A program made the translations under genes and the position numbers. A DNA stretch of 64,000 bases, taken from the NCBI GenBank assembly GCA_964016885.1, contig OZ024740.1, positions 333,560,001 through 333,624,000 of the forward strand, read 5' to 3'. Source of the DNA: Eledone cirrhosa (Eukaryota). The notes under the pieces were generated by a model that saw only the letters and a list, made by a program, of their open reading frames with translations, searched no databases and was not told the origin of the DNA. Shown piece after piece: positions 38,345-52,553 of this stretch (its first letter is position 1; the number at the start of each line of letters is the position of its first letter).

Positions 38345-41170
38345 CAAAACAATATAAACAAGATAATTGGCAATAAGGGTTCTGGAACAAAAGATATAAT
38401 TGGCAATAAGGGCAGGGGCCCCAGGTTATCACCGCCTGGGTCCGCTCGTCATCCTGCCACTGTAATAGAGCCAAACAAGGCATTTAGTCTTGGCTGCTGG
38501 AACGTACGTACGGACGCTGCTTGACAGAGATTCCTTGGAACGTCCTGAACGAAGGACCACTCTTGTTGCAAAGAAGCTTCGACGTTACGCCTTGACATCG
38601 TAGCTTTATCTGAGACGAGTTTAGCTGGAGATGGTCATCTTACAGAATTTTGTGGAGAATATACATCCTTCTGGAAAGGAAGAGATGAAGGAACCAGAAG
38701 AGAGGCGGGGTAGCATTTACTGTTAAGACTTTTCTTGTGAATAAATTAGAAGAATTCCCAATAGGGATTAGTGAGCGTCTTATGTCCATGAGAATTCCGC
38801 TGGACAAAGGATATGTGACTCTGGTGAGTGTGTATGCACCAATAATGAATTCTGTCGATGAAGAAAAAGTGTCCTTTACGATGCCTTGAAAGGTGTTTTA
38901 AGAAATATCCCTCAGGCAGACAAAGTCATAGTGCTTGGTGAATTTAATGCTAGAGTGGGTAGGGATTTTAACACATGAATTGTAATCGGAAGGCATGGGG
39001 TGGGAAAGTGTAACAACAATGGTATGCTCCTGCTGCAGATGTGTGAGAAGCTGGATCTGTTAGTTACCAACACCATGTTCCAACAAAAGAACAAATTTAA
39101 GACCACATGGATGCATCCTGCATCTAAGAAATGGCATCTTTTGGACTACGTCCTAGTCAGGATGCGTGACAGACGGGATGTGCAGAGTGTTCGTGTTCTT
39201 CGTGGAGCTGAGTGCTGGACGGTCCACCGCCTGGTACGCGCAAAATTGAAACTAATCACTAAACGTAAAATCCGGGCTCCTGGTGTTGCTCTGCCCAGAA
39301 GATTGATGCTGCTCGTCTTAGGGATAAAATATGTGAAGAGGACATTGCGAGAAGAGATGCAGGTTGCAGATCTTGGTGAGAATTGGCCGACCCTTAAAAA
39401 GTTGGTTTATGATGTAGGCAGGCGTGTTCTGGGATTGGTGCAGAGAAAACATCGAGACTGGTTTAATGAGAATGATGAACCTATAGAAGACTTGTTGGCT
39501 GATAAGAGGCGTGCTCTCTCACGCTACTTGACTGCAAAACCACAGAATATGTTGCATAAGGAACTCAAGGATGTGAAATCACGTGTTAGGCGGAGTCTTT
39601 CTCAGATAAAGGATCAGTGGTGGAGTGAGAAGGCTGATGAAATACAAACTGCATCAGATTCCAATAACACAAAGCTGTTGTACAGTCTCTTGCGTGAAGT
39701 TTATGGACCTTCTTCTTCTCTGGTGACACCGCTTCGCAGCAATGATGGCAAATAACTTCTTCGTGACTCACAAGGAATTCTACGAAGGTGGCGAGAGCAC
39801 TTTCATGAGCTTTTGAATCAGCCGTCTGTCGTCAATGAAGATTTCCTCAATCTCATTCCAGAAAGTCCTCTGAAAGTAGCTCTCGCTGACCATCTGACGC
39901 TTGTGGAGGTTGCTGTGGCTATCTCGAAGCTGAACAGTGGGAGGTCTCCAGGTATGGATGGCATACATGCAGAGCTCCTACAATATGGTAGTGAGAGACT
40001 CCTGCAATATCTTCACTCTTTGTTTGGCAGGAAGAATCCGTACCCTCTCCTGGACCGTCTGCTGATAATGAAATCCCACTCAGGATTAGGAAAGCAAGTG
40101 ATGCTTTCGGAAAGCTAGAAAGGCGACTCTGGGGTCGGCGAGATATATCCAAGAAGACAAAGGTAAAAGTGTACAAGGCATGTGTGCTCTCTTCTCTTCT
40201 TTATGCCTGCGAGACCTGAGTCACATTTCGACACCACCTTAAGCAATTGGAGCGTTTCCATCAGATGTGCCTCAGACGGATCCATGGCGTTCACTGGAGG
40301 GACCACATCAGTGATGTCGAGATTTTGGAAAGCTCTCTGTGTGACAGTATAGAAGCTCTAGTGCTTAAGCAACGACTCCGTTGTAGTGGTCACCTTGCCA
40401 GGATGAAGGATTCTAGGATACCAAAACAAATCTTTTATGGAGAGTTTGTTAAAGGAAAACGACCGCCACATAAACCAAAAAAGAGGTATAAGGATTCCTT
40501 GAAAGCCTCTTTGAAAGATGCTAACATCTCTGCTGATACATCGGAAAATATTTCTGCTGATCGTAATGAATGGAGAAAGACTGTATATGAGAGGAAAGTT
40601 GCCTTTGAGGCATCTCGAATCGCATACGAGAAAGTAAAGCGGGATGTGAGGAAGGGCATTGCTGGTGTATTTCCAGACGTCGAAGGTCCTCCTATGGCGC
40701 TGAAATGCAGCGTCTGTGCGAGACTCTGCCTAAGCAAAGCTGGACTCAAATGTCATCTTCGCAGTCATAAAGTAAGACCAGTGGATGACTACCAGGCTGC
40801 TGTTGGAGATGCTACTCATCATGCTTGCCAAGCATGTGGTAGAGAATGTAAATCAGCAGGAGGGCTCAAACGACATGCAAAAGTACATGAACTCCAACCA
40901 CAGCTGGCTATTCCAGTGAATGTTTTGGTTGCCAACTCTGTGCAAGACATTTTAGATCAATGGCTTGGCTAAGCTAAAAAGCCACATTCGATCGCAGCGC
41001 TGTTAATTGGTATCGTGTGTGTAGATATGTTTATGTGTGTGGGCGTGTGGGTATATGTATATATGTATATTATTATTGTTGTTATTGTTGTCGTTATTAT
41101 TATTGATGTTATTATTATTATTATTGTTATTATTATGTTTTTTTCTTCTCGTTCAATGGCCATACTCGAT
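38345..41170 (+). mobile_element. RTE/BovB-like LINE with the RT core deleted and C-terminal C2H2 fingers
   Basis: LGCWNVRT, DIVALSET, VSVYAP, GEFNARVG, TWMHPASKKWHLLDYVL and SPGMDGIHAE. The sequence then jumps near 40045 to IRKASDAFG, RIPKQIFYGE, CSVC...HLRSH and CQAC...HAKVH. The 3' terminus at 41135-41170 follows a microsatellite. Confidence 0.9.
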
Positions 41171-41210
41171 AACGAGGGGGCAGCCATCATGCATGTATGT
41201 ATATATGTAT

Positions 41211-41267
<57 letters not shown>

Positions 41268-44200
41268 TCTTGACGATGGTGTATAATGGTAAAACTAATA
41301 ACAATAAAATAATTCTTTAAGTACGAACGTTTCTCAACTGGATGTGATTTATTGCAAATGTTCAACCAATCTATTATAAGTATTATGATATGAACAGTTG
41401 GATTTTGTATGCCAAAAAATAATTCTAAAATTAAATTCTTCCGATTGGGTGGAAAAGGGAAATTACAGAAACTGGTGGCAATTATAATAGACTCGGAAAG
41501 AAAACCTCTCATGCTTTGAGAAACGAAACGTTGAACCCTACTGGCAGGCAAGGGATAACGTTCGGTTAAGTTGCGTTTGTTTACTAAATCCAATCGTACT
41601 GAGCAGATGAAAGAGTTGTTTACAAATAGACAAATAGACAGAACTAATAATTACACTACATAATTTGCATGAATGAATTTACAATTAAAATAGAGATTCC
41701 CTATTTATGGCCTGGACTTTAATGATTCATAAATTGTTAGTTATTTCTGAAGACATCACTACCAATTTTGAAACAGGTGGAACATTTCAAACATTTGGGA
41801 TATAATTTGGGGGTGCCAAATGTATATTGAAATATGTCTATTTTCCACCATAAGGTTAATAAATTCAAATGTTAAGGAATAATATAATTATATTATTTTA
41901 TCTTTTGATAACATTTCTGAGGCTGGTGAGAGCATAATGGAACGTAAGTGGAAAAATGTTAAATAAAAATAAAAATATAAAATAGAATATCTTTAAATAC
42001 AGTGAGAGAGTGTGCGTGTGATAGATAATTTAAAGCGTAATTCAACAATACCGTGATCTCATAATAACAAATTGACATATTCCAATATCTATCTAATGTG
42101 GTTTTTTCAAAACGATTTTCGTTACAACCATAAGATTTACGATCGTGAGACGCGTGACGTCTCTCTCAGGAACAAGCATGGTAATAATATATGTCAATCT
42201 ACAAATAGGACAACGACAATGTGTTCTATATTGTTGAACATCTGTATACAACAACTACAACGGTACGCGATGGGGCCCACCCACAGCCCCGGCGGACAGA
42301 AATTATATATTAAAGAACTATATTCATGCGGTTTTAGAATGTTGAATCATACTTTCAGGGATAATGTAAGGCAGAATATTTTAAAGCAAATTTGTTTGAT
42401 GTTTAACCAATTCTCTGCATCCATTAAAATGCTTGAGACTTCGACTCTGAATCCAATATTGACGTATCCGGCTTCACCTACTATCATGTCACTACCGTGC
42501 CGGCCGCCTACCACGCGATGTCACTTTGAACGATATCATTAAGTATAACTTCGACACCAGAAGCTTTCATTGCAATTTCTAGCTGGCGTGGCTGGCCCGC
42601 GGGTACTACAGAAGTCTGGAAGCCATCAATATATTTCTGTTCCCTCATTTGGGATGTATCATAAGTCCCTCATTTGGGATGTATCATGCAGTGATACGTC
42701 CTTGTATATTAGGCGAAAGCTTCAGGCTTCTTTACACATGGATAAGTCTGTCGTCGAGCATGTAGTTAGTGCATATTTCAGTTCTTTGACCCCTGTCCAT
42801 TTCTCCACTCACAACTATCATGGCAGAATTGGACACTCACACATGCGAGTTGGAATGCCTATTTCAACATGTCTCATGCACTGTCATCCGCCCGCTACCA
42901 CCACGAGGCATCTAACAACTTGTGTTTTTCACCCTTGTCCCCACACACAATGGTTCAATATATATGACGTAGTGGTTTTCGTACTGCTTAGCTTAACTAT
43001 TTACATGCATTTTCATGACCACTTCTTGACTGCTACTATTTTTGTGGATTATTTCTTCCTTTCACGTTTTTAATTTGAAATCTCAATAACAAATATTATC
43101 ATCCTACACTGGAACTTTATATCTATGTTATCTTATTGTCATATATCTAGCTGACACATTTTTGTCTGTATATTCTATCTCTAGTCTAAAATATCGTGCA
43201 GATCAAAGATAATATGTAGATATGTTTCATACTCTGCCCTATGTCACTACTCATCTAGTCATTCGATCAGCTAACAAAGACAGATACATCAAAACCGACC
43301 CATTTGACTATAAATATATATTGCATAATGCAGTATTAAATCGTACATTCAATACTTTTGATGATAGTTTTCCTCGATATTTTAAGACTAAACAATGGAA
43401 CATATTTACAAGCATATACTCACAAGTGCACACTCACACACATACAAATACACACAAGTACGCTTACAAAGACACTCACACGCTCACACACACATACAAA
43501 CATATATACCTTGCTATTATGACATATCTAGAGCTTAGTGCCCGCATCAGACTATGTTTCATCGTTTCAATGATAAGAATGCACATTTGTGCAATGATAT
43601 ATTTCGAAGGTGAACAGTTATACATTTACATTGATAAAATCACAATAAATGAATAAATATATAAATGGAAAAAAGGAATAATAAGCACATCATCATTTTC
43701 ATTCAAGGGGAAAAACAGAAGGTGCTTGTGAGCTGAACACAAAAGATTACAATTTTTATTTATAAAAGAAAAAACCTGATGCAATAAATACAATTGTAAG
43801 ATATATAGATATACAGGCGCATTTACGCAAACATACACATCCACGTGTGTACATATGAATAGATATGTGTGAGATTAGGGGACATAAAATGCTTTAGAGA
43901 AATTGAATATATATTTGCTACAATAGAAATAACTACAATAATATTTGAAGATATAAAATGCCAAGTAACACACACTGTTCACATATTTGGTCCTTTCACG
44001 ACAGATTCTCTGTTTCATTCCTAAAATATGATACAACGACTTTTCTACTTTCTTCAAACAAGGAATTCAATTCTCATTACATGTTTATTGTTTAGTTTAT
44101 CTGCGCAATATGTTGTTCATATTTAAATAACATTCACACTTTCAATAATATAAATATGTCTATTGAAAACATGGGATTCAATGTATACATTCGTTATGTT

Positions 44201-45893
44201 AAGTGAGGATTCAACCATCGTCCAGGATGGGAGACACAGTGATATATATTACGCTATAAACCTTGCCTTTTTGTCTGTTCTTTTCCGTGTATGTGAAGGA
44301 TAATGTATTTAAGACAAATCAACCACTGTTTCAAATATATGCCTGTATATCATGTGTTTCATAACACATTTCAGTCGTGTGGTAGTAACACACAGACAAT
44401 ATGGTATCCATTACGTATAGTCGTTATATTTTTGGTAGTCATCATTTATCATGATTCACCTAATAGAATGCAATATAATTAGATCGTTTTGAGTGAGAGA
44501 TACTGGGAGAACAATTTCATTGATCAAATTTGTCCGTATATTTTGTCCGTATATTTTTACACTCAAATTAAGTGAAAATAGAAATTATCAATCATTTGAA
44601 TTTTGCAAAGAATAAGGAGCATTTAAGTATGTGCAACAGTGAATCACGATCACCTAGCCATTCATTGGAAATCGTTATAAGATACAGACATAAATTGAAT
44701 AGTAGTAGATATTAAAAGTCAGAGCTCTATGGCAACTAGGACTCCTTTCTGAGATTTCATTGAATTTCTGATTTCAGTAAATAATTAAGTGCATGGTGAA
44801 ATTATTAATAACGATCAAGATACAGATAAGCACCTCATTTTCATTGATACTGATGTTCTAGCATTGTCATCTCATTGAAGTTATAACATGTCATCACATA
44901 TTGTTTCGATTTGCTCTGGCATATAATATCGGGAATTCCTATTGCCAATACTAATCTGAGCTGACATCTCGAACTAGCCATTTGTTCGGATGTGAATTCG
45001 ATTGGAAATACATTTCGAAATTAATGCTGGTCGAGAAATTCTTATGATTTAAATTGCATATCTCACTAAATGTGATACTAATGGAAATTCTCCCTGCGGG
45101 AATTCGTAATAATTATCCATAGAAGAATAGGCAATTTATTTTTAGCCTACATTAACATGAGTCATCAAGCAAGTTGGTAATATTAAGTTCTGTTCCGCCT
45201 CCTATAATTTCTAATGTGTGTTTATTAGTATTATTTTGGAAATTAGTTCAATATTGATCATTGCTTCATATACTCATTTGCAGGTCAATAAATCACCAGC
45301 ATATGACAAAATTGCAAATATATATACCATATCCCAGCTTGCTCAGACAGATATACGATTTCATATTCCTTATTTGTCATTCCACCGCATTGATACATAT
45401 CATATATCTCAGGAGCCACTTCAGCAGCAATCGTTTCCCTATCTAATATAATATAGATTTGACAGCTGTTTCACAACCATAACAATTGTAATGCACAATA
45501 AGAAGAAGCGCATTTATTCTTGTATTGTAAACGTGAATATCAGTGTTCGTAACACGGAAATCATTAACGTATATGTGAGAGATATTTCGACTAATTTCTA
45601 CATTGTTTGCTACAATTTCCAGTAAAGTATATACGAATATATGGCGGAAAATATTTTTTCAATGTTGATATTCGCAATAGATATTTTTACATCATTGATT
45701 TTTCCTGCCTATAAAAAAGGGAAATGTTCAAAAACGTACGCTTATATCTAAAATAAGATCTCCTTCAATATTTCTTATTTTCAAACGGACTGATTAATTA
45801 ATTATATTCGTCAATAAACATTTGTTAACTATATATATATATACTTTTATTCAGAATAATAATAAATGAAGACATTCACATAATCAAATTATA

Positions 45894-45960
45894 TGTTTTA
45901 TTATATATATTTCGAACGTTCTGTGCTGTGTTTTTCAGTACGTCCTCGTCAGATAAAATA
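45894..45960 (-). ncRNA. Type I hammerhead ribozyme (minus arm of family D)
   Basis: TATTTTAT-CTGACGA-GGACGTACTG...CAGAACGTTC-GAAA-TATATA-TA-ATAAAA. Confidence 0.75.
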
Positions 45961-46066
45961 CATGAATTGATGTTGACATACCTAAACGGTCTTGATAATT
46001 CAATTCCAGTATTGGGAGTGAATTGGACTATCAAGACCGTTGAGGTATGTCATACATCAATTCGTG

Positions 46067-46132
46067 TATTTTATCTGACGAGGATCTACTGAAAAAACAC
46101 CACAGTACCTTCGAAATATATATAATAAAACA
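46067..46132 (+). ncRNA. Type I hammerhead ribozyme (plus arm of family D)
   Basis: TTTTAT-CTGACGA (46075), stem II TACTG/CAGTA, GAAA (46113), TATATA-TA-ATAAAA. Confidence 0.78.
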
Positions 46133-46267
46133 TATATTTTGATTATGTGAATGTCTTCATTTATTATTATTCTGAATAATAACTCCACAAAACGTTCCCG
46201 TAGACAGCTTTTAATCTATTGTAAAACTATATTCATTGAGTAATCAATGAACCATATTAATCTTTGG

Positions 46268-46317
<50 letters not shown>

Positions 46318-46485
46318 TTTCTACAGGATTGTTTCAAATGAAGCAGTTCTTGTCCTGTAAAGGCCATTTCTACATAAAATTTTATGTTTGCACTCTACTG
46401 AAGTATTGAGTACCTTATTTATTGTGGTTACCCCTGCCTGATTGAACTCGGGATTGACACGAGCACACAATCATAAATGTATATA

Positions 46486-46523
<38 letters not shown>

Positions 46524-46524
<1 letters not shown>

Positions 46525-46628
46525 GGTGATTTCTTCTGAATGAAACAGTTCTAATCCTATAGACGCTATTTCTATATCAAACTTTACACACACACGCTCA
46601 CACACACACACACATACATATATATAAT

Positions 46629-46664
<36 letters not shown>

Positions 46665-46803
46665 ATTATATATATATATAAATATATATATAGGTGGGTG
46701 TGAGTGTGTATGTGTATGTGTATGTGTGAGCGTGTGTGTGTAAAGTTTGTTATAGAAATAGCGTCTACAGGATTAGAACTGTTTCATTCAGAAGAAATCA
46801 CCA
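46524..46803. repeat. Inverted repeat pair around a (TA)n tract
   Basis: 46524-46605 is the reverse complement of about 46722-46803. A related diverged copy lies at 46340-46385. Confidence 0.75.
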
Positions 46804-47249
46804 GGAAAGCCGACTGTCCTCATAACACTTGTATTTATCTTCTCTAGTTGTTGGGGAAGATGTAATTTTGGAGATGGGTGGTGGTCATTGGCAAAGAGAT
46901 TTTAAATGAACAGGGATTCTTTGAAAAAGCTACTTTCGATGTTTACGCATTAGTAAAATGACAAATAATATCAAGGTTAGCACTCACGCTCACGAACACA
47001 TACACACACACCTACACACGACCGCCCAACTTATTAAACGATTCATTTATTCTAAGCATATATCTATGCAAATGAGATTTATGAGAGACTGATAATTGTC
47101 AAGCTCTGGATAAATAATTTGTTTTTTGTATAGAACTCTGTCAGTGTATAATAGAAAATCTTACTATCTAAGGGAGTAGAAAGAGTATACCATGAACATT
47201 TGCATATTTACCACTACTGAGGATATATGCAAAAAAAATATGAGGAATA

Positions 47250-47700
47250 ATTCTCAATCATAGGTATTCCAATCATGCAATCACAGATGGGTTGCGAAAA
47301 CAATCTCTGGCATGCAATAATCTGAGAGGATCGTATGCCTGTGGTCCCAACGGAGAGATTTGAGGGAGTGTTGCCCCGGAGAGTAGCAAAGGAGATGTAT
47401 AGAAACAAGCATTCCAAATCGCTGGTTTCACTCCTGCAAGTGGTAAGTCAATTCCGCAGGGATAGCAGTCAGTAGAGGTGGTATTGGGACGAAGAATGCG
47501 GGGACTATCCACCACTACACTTTTAACAACAATCCTATTGGAAAACCTTCGATAATTCAGTAATTTATGATATTCCAGTTGTAGTGCAACGAATATTGGG
47601 CCTGTCCCTGAATATACCAGGTTTACACTTTAGGGTGTGTCACTGCATTTGTGTCTCAGGTAAGGGGCTTATCAACATGGAAATAAATGGTGATGCCCAA
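47250..47700 (+). mobile_element. Possible Gypsy integrase C-terminal remnant
   Basis: Weak SNHAITDG, YRTSIPN and VLGRRMR motifs with frameshifts. Confidence 0.3.
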
Positions 47701-48464
47701 AACGGATACATATACATGAATCTTTCTAATATATAATATAATATTGCATGACAATTTATATATTTTAAACATATATCTATCTATTAAATATTAGAAAAAA
47801 CACATGCTTCACTTGCAATTAATAAGATGAAAAAAAAGAAGACATTTATCCTATATGATATGAGTGTAATTAAAGTGAGTATATACATTATATCGAAATA
47901 TATGTAATATTATTGAAATGTACAATATGTACAAATTCATATTCTCTGAAAATATTAATTTTTCATTATCATTCTTCAAGCTAGCCATATGATAAATAGG
48001 ATGAAATATTTCTAGGTATCTAGTGATACATATCAATATAACAATGTTAATGTTTATCATATATGCATATATATATATATATATATATATGTATATCATC
48101 ATCATCATCATCATCAATTCTAATGACAGATTAACGAATAAACGCATTAAGGGTAAATCAAACATTTATATCGGGACTTTTTCTATCGTATCTATTATTC
48201 ACTAAATTCGAAGACACCTCTTTTCTAGTAGCATGAAGACATAATGGGATACTTATCCTTAATGTTTTCCATTAACAGTGTTTTGTTTTTATGGCGCAGA
48301 CAATGGACAACCTATTTCGAATATATATATATATGTATTTATTTATTTGTGTGTGTGTCTATGTATGCGTGTGTATATATATATATATATATATACACGC
48401 ATACATAGACACACACACACAAATAAATAAATGTGTGTGTCTGTGTGTGTGCATATATATATAC

Positions 48465-48511
<47 letters not shown>

Positions 48512-48518
48512 TACACAT

Positions 48519-48612
<94 letters not shown>

Positions 48613-49401
48613 GAATATATATAAATGGGAGTTGTACACAATCTATACACCTATACGTTCTCTATTAGAGAATCAATACTTGTAGGCCTCAAGTTCCTTT
48701 TATGGTTACCAAAATCAATGAGTTTTTATGGCACAGTACCAATGCTGCCAAATTGCCAAGGTTTCTGGAAAGCGAACACTTTGTGATACAATGGTTTGAA
48801 TTTTAATGCATAACGTGTCAATAATTCAGTAGAAAACTGATTATGCATTTTTAATTTAAACTTTGAAAATGATAATATTCACTGATTCAATAAAGAAAAA
48901 AAATTACGTGTTTTTCAAAAATTGTATTGAAAGGGGAAAGGGTTCACTATACCTTATCGTTTAGCTCCAGTAGTTTCACCGAAATAGGTGATTAAATAGT
49001 ATGTTCTCATTGGATAGTGTTATCATCTGTGAAACTTAATTGTTTGCTGTGGTTCTATTGTCGATTTTAGATTTCATTTCATGGATCACATAACACAAAA
49101 GCAATTTTATTTCAACATTATAGAGAATGAATACCATAGCTACAGTAGCATATCATACATATCAAAACAAATACCAAGGACATGAAAAAATAGTATATCT
49201 TTCAGTAAAATTAATGTCGACATCAGACGATTATTAAAAGCGGTATTTTGTATCAACTATATAGAAGACCTATTTTAAGTGAAGCATTAAGTTAGTGTTC
49301 TAGAAAGATGATAAGATAAACACAGCTTCGATCATCTCGTATGGATATATATATATACACACACACACACAAAAGTATATATCTCTCTCTATATATATAT
49401 G

Positions 49402-49650
<249 letters not shown>

Positions 49651-49658
49651 ATATATAT

Positions 49659-49691
<33 letters not shown>

Positions 49692-49695
49692 TATG

Positions 49696-49784
<89 letters not shown>

Positions 49785-50189
49785 ATATGTGTGTATGTGT
49801 GTGCATGTGTGCGATTGTAAACCAGAATAAGAATGATGTGAGAGAGAGTATGAGGAAGGAATCGATAGATATATGCATATGCATTTATTATTTTACCAAT
49901 TTCACTCGCCGGGTTGGGAGCGTATCTGGGTACACCTCCTACTATTTTAAACAATTATACCTATCTATCCTAGTACAGAGTCTAGAACTAGAATTTCGTA
50001 TCAAAACGAATGTATTGAAAGAATTACATCCCTTTTCTGTAAAAAAACAACCTCACGGTGATTAGGAATATGCATGCACACAGACACGCACACACACACG
50101 TTGAAACACCCCCCAACACACATGCACACACTCACACACACACACACACACAAACACACACACGCACACACACACACATATATATATAT

Positions 50190-50219
<30 letters not shown>

Positions 50220-50221
<2 letters not shown>

Positions 50222-50663
50222 TATAAAATAACAGGAGGCTGGACTTGTGTAAATCCTTGAAAGGTTTATTATACTAACCGGTGACATAATCAGGTATTCA
50301 AAATATAACAAAGGAATATAACAGATAAAATCCGTGGGGCTGAAAATCAGAGACAAGAGGAAGACCGACTATTTAGCAGCTTCTTCCTCAGTCGGCCGCC
50401 CTTGTTATATTTTGAATACCTGATGATGTTACGGGATTCATACTGAACCCGGTTATTGAAATGATCATGGTATAATAAACCTTTCAAAGATTTACACAAG
50501 TCCAGCCTCCTGTTATTTTATAATAATTAAATCCGTACTCGCACCACCAACTACACAAACGAAGACGGCCGAGTTGCATTACGTTGAGTGCTCTCCATAA
50601 TAGTACATCCAGATTGACCATACGTAATGACCAGTTTTATCGAGTGGTGAACCAACAAAGCTA
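50220..50663 (+). mobile_element. Fold-back PLE-end element (family C, second copy) with HHR at 50416-50473
   Basis: Inverted arm 50220-50400. ATAC-CTGATGA...GAAA-TGATCA-TG-GTAT, where H17 is G so it is probably inactive. Confidence 0.85.
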
Positions 50664-50680
50664 AATATATATATATATAT

Positions 50681-52553
50681 ATGAAAAAGTGAGTCCTTCA
50701 TCAGTGACTCTCCAACCGTCCTCGGCATTTCATCGCTTTAAGGGCCATATGCCTCAGGTTGGTGCGAACAACGGCTAAAAAAAGTCGTTGGGACACGTAA
50801 ATAAAGGGGGACGCTAGAGTAACAACAAAAGGGTTTAAGCAACGGAAAGTGAGTAGAAATAGACAAGTCCCAGATCTCTATGAATATAAACTCTGTGAAA
50901 TCGTGAACAAGAGACGAAAGACCATCGAACCTGGTAGAAATGTGAGCAAGGAAAGAATTTCGCCCAAGTTTGACGGGGGGGGGGAAAGAGAGAGAGAGAG
51001 AGAGAAAGAAAAAGGAGAGAAGAGGAAGAAGAAGAAGAAGAAGAAGAAGAAGAAGAAGAAGAAGAAGAAGAAGAAGAAGATAAGGTGGTCTGGTCTACGA
51101 ATTCGGTAAACGCAAGTTTTGTGAAGTCGCAGACGAAAGAGAGAGAGAAAAAAATGTTTCATACCAGCTCGGTCAAGACTGCGCGAGAAAAGAATTACAC
51201 ACAGGTCAAACTTGAAGGAGGAGGAGGAAATAGGAGGAGGAGAGGTAGTGAAAGAGAATGAGTGAGTGAAAGTTGAGGAGAGAGTAACAGAGAGGGAGAC
51301 TGCTAGAAGTGGTAAAGATACAAGGAACGAAACAGACAGGCAGCATGGAAAAGTAATATGTGTAAATATGATGATAATAATGGAGCTGCGGCGTTGCAAA
51401 TGGGATACATATGAAAAAGTGAGTCCTTCATCAGTGACCCTCCAACCGTCCTCGGCATTTCATCGCTTTAAGGGCCATATGCCTCAGGTTGGTGCGAACA
51501 ACGGCTAAAAAAAGTCGTTGGGACACGTAAATAAAGGGGGACGCTAGAGTAACAACAAAAGGGTTTAAGCAACGGAAAGTGAGTAGAAATAGACAAGTCC
51601 CAGATCTCTATGAATATAAACTCTGTGAAATCGTGAACAAGAGACGAAAGACCATCGAACCTGGTAGAAATGTGAGCAAGGAAAGAATTTCGCCCAAGTT
51701 TGACGGGGGGGGGGGGAAGAGAGAGAGAGAGAGAGAAAGAAAAAGGAGAGAAGAGGAAGAAGAAGAAGAAGAAGAAGAAGAAGAAGAAGAAGAAGAAGAA
51801 GAAGAAGAAGAAGAAGAAGAAGAAGAAGATAAGGTGGTCTGGTCTACGAATTCGGTAAACGCAAGTTTTGTGAAGTCGCAGACGAAAGAGAGAGAGAAAA
51901 AAATTTTTCATACCAGCTCGGTCAAGACTGCGCGAGAAAAGAATTACACACAGGTCAAACTTGAAGGAGGAGGAGGAAAGAGGAGGAGGAGAGGTAGTGA
52001 CAGAGAATGAGTGAGTGAAAGTTGATGAGAGGGTAACAGAGAGGGAGACTGCTAGAAGTGGTAAAGATACAAGGAACGAAACAGACAGGCAGCATGGAAA
52101 AGTAATATGTGTAAATATGATGATAATAATGGAGCTGCGGCGTTGCAAATGGGATACATATGAAAAAGTGAGTCCTTCATCAGTGACCCTCCAACCGTCC
52201 TCGGCATTTCATCGCTTTAAGGGCCATATGCCTCAGGTTGGTGCGAACAACGGCTAAAAAAAGTCGTTGGGACACGTAAATAAAGGGGGACGCTAGAGTA
52301 ACAACAAAAGGGTTTAAGCAACGGAAAGTGAGTAGAAATAGACAAGTCCCAGATCTCTATGAATATAAACTCTGTGAAATCGTGAACAAGAGACGAAAGA
52401 CCATCGAACCTGGTAGAAATGTGAGCAAGGAAAGAATTTCGCCCAAGTTTGACGGGGGGGAAAAAAGAGAGAGAGAGAGAGAGAAAGAAAAAGGAGAGAA
52501 GAAGAAGAAGAAGAAGAAGAAGAAGAAGAAGAAGAAGAAGAAGAAGAAGATAA
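50681..52553 (-). repeat. Tandem array of ~2.5 non-coding units (730 and 749 bp), retrozyme-like
   Basis: Units start at 50681, 51411 and 52160. They are nearly identical except for G-run, (GA)n and (GAA)n lengths, and each carries the 102-nt structured motif. Confidence 0.92.
51423..51524 (-). ncRNA. Candidate permuted/pseudoknotted hammerhead ribozyme (other copies at 50693-50794 and 52172-52273)
   Basis: GTCC CAACGACT TTTTTT AGCCGTTG T TCGC A CCAACC TGA GGCAT A^ TGGCCCT TAAA GCGA T GAA ATGCC GAG GAC GGTTGG AGGGTCA CTGATGA A GGAC. Confidence 0.7.

Larger units (their letters stand above)
45847..46270 (+). mobile_element. Fold-back PLE-end element (family D) with an HHR in each arm
   Basis: Arms 45847-46006 and 46020-46179, tail to 46270, (TA)n flanks. 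Homologous to 14713-14820. Confidence 0.85.

Noticed and set aside
42072-43073. ORFs of 156 and 167 aa as possible host exons or a transposase
   Set aside because: No recognisable domain or splice pattern. Short host exons elsewhere cannot be excluded without RNA data.
51423-51524. Alternative readings of the motif as a twister ribozyme, SECIS element or box C/D snoRNA
   Set aside because: It lacks twister P2 and conserved residues, SECIS spacing and terminal C/D boxes. The hammerhead reading accounts for nearly all invariant nucleotides.
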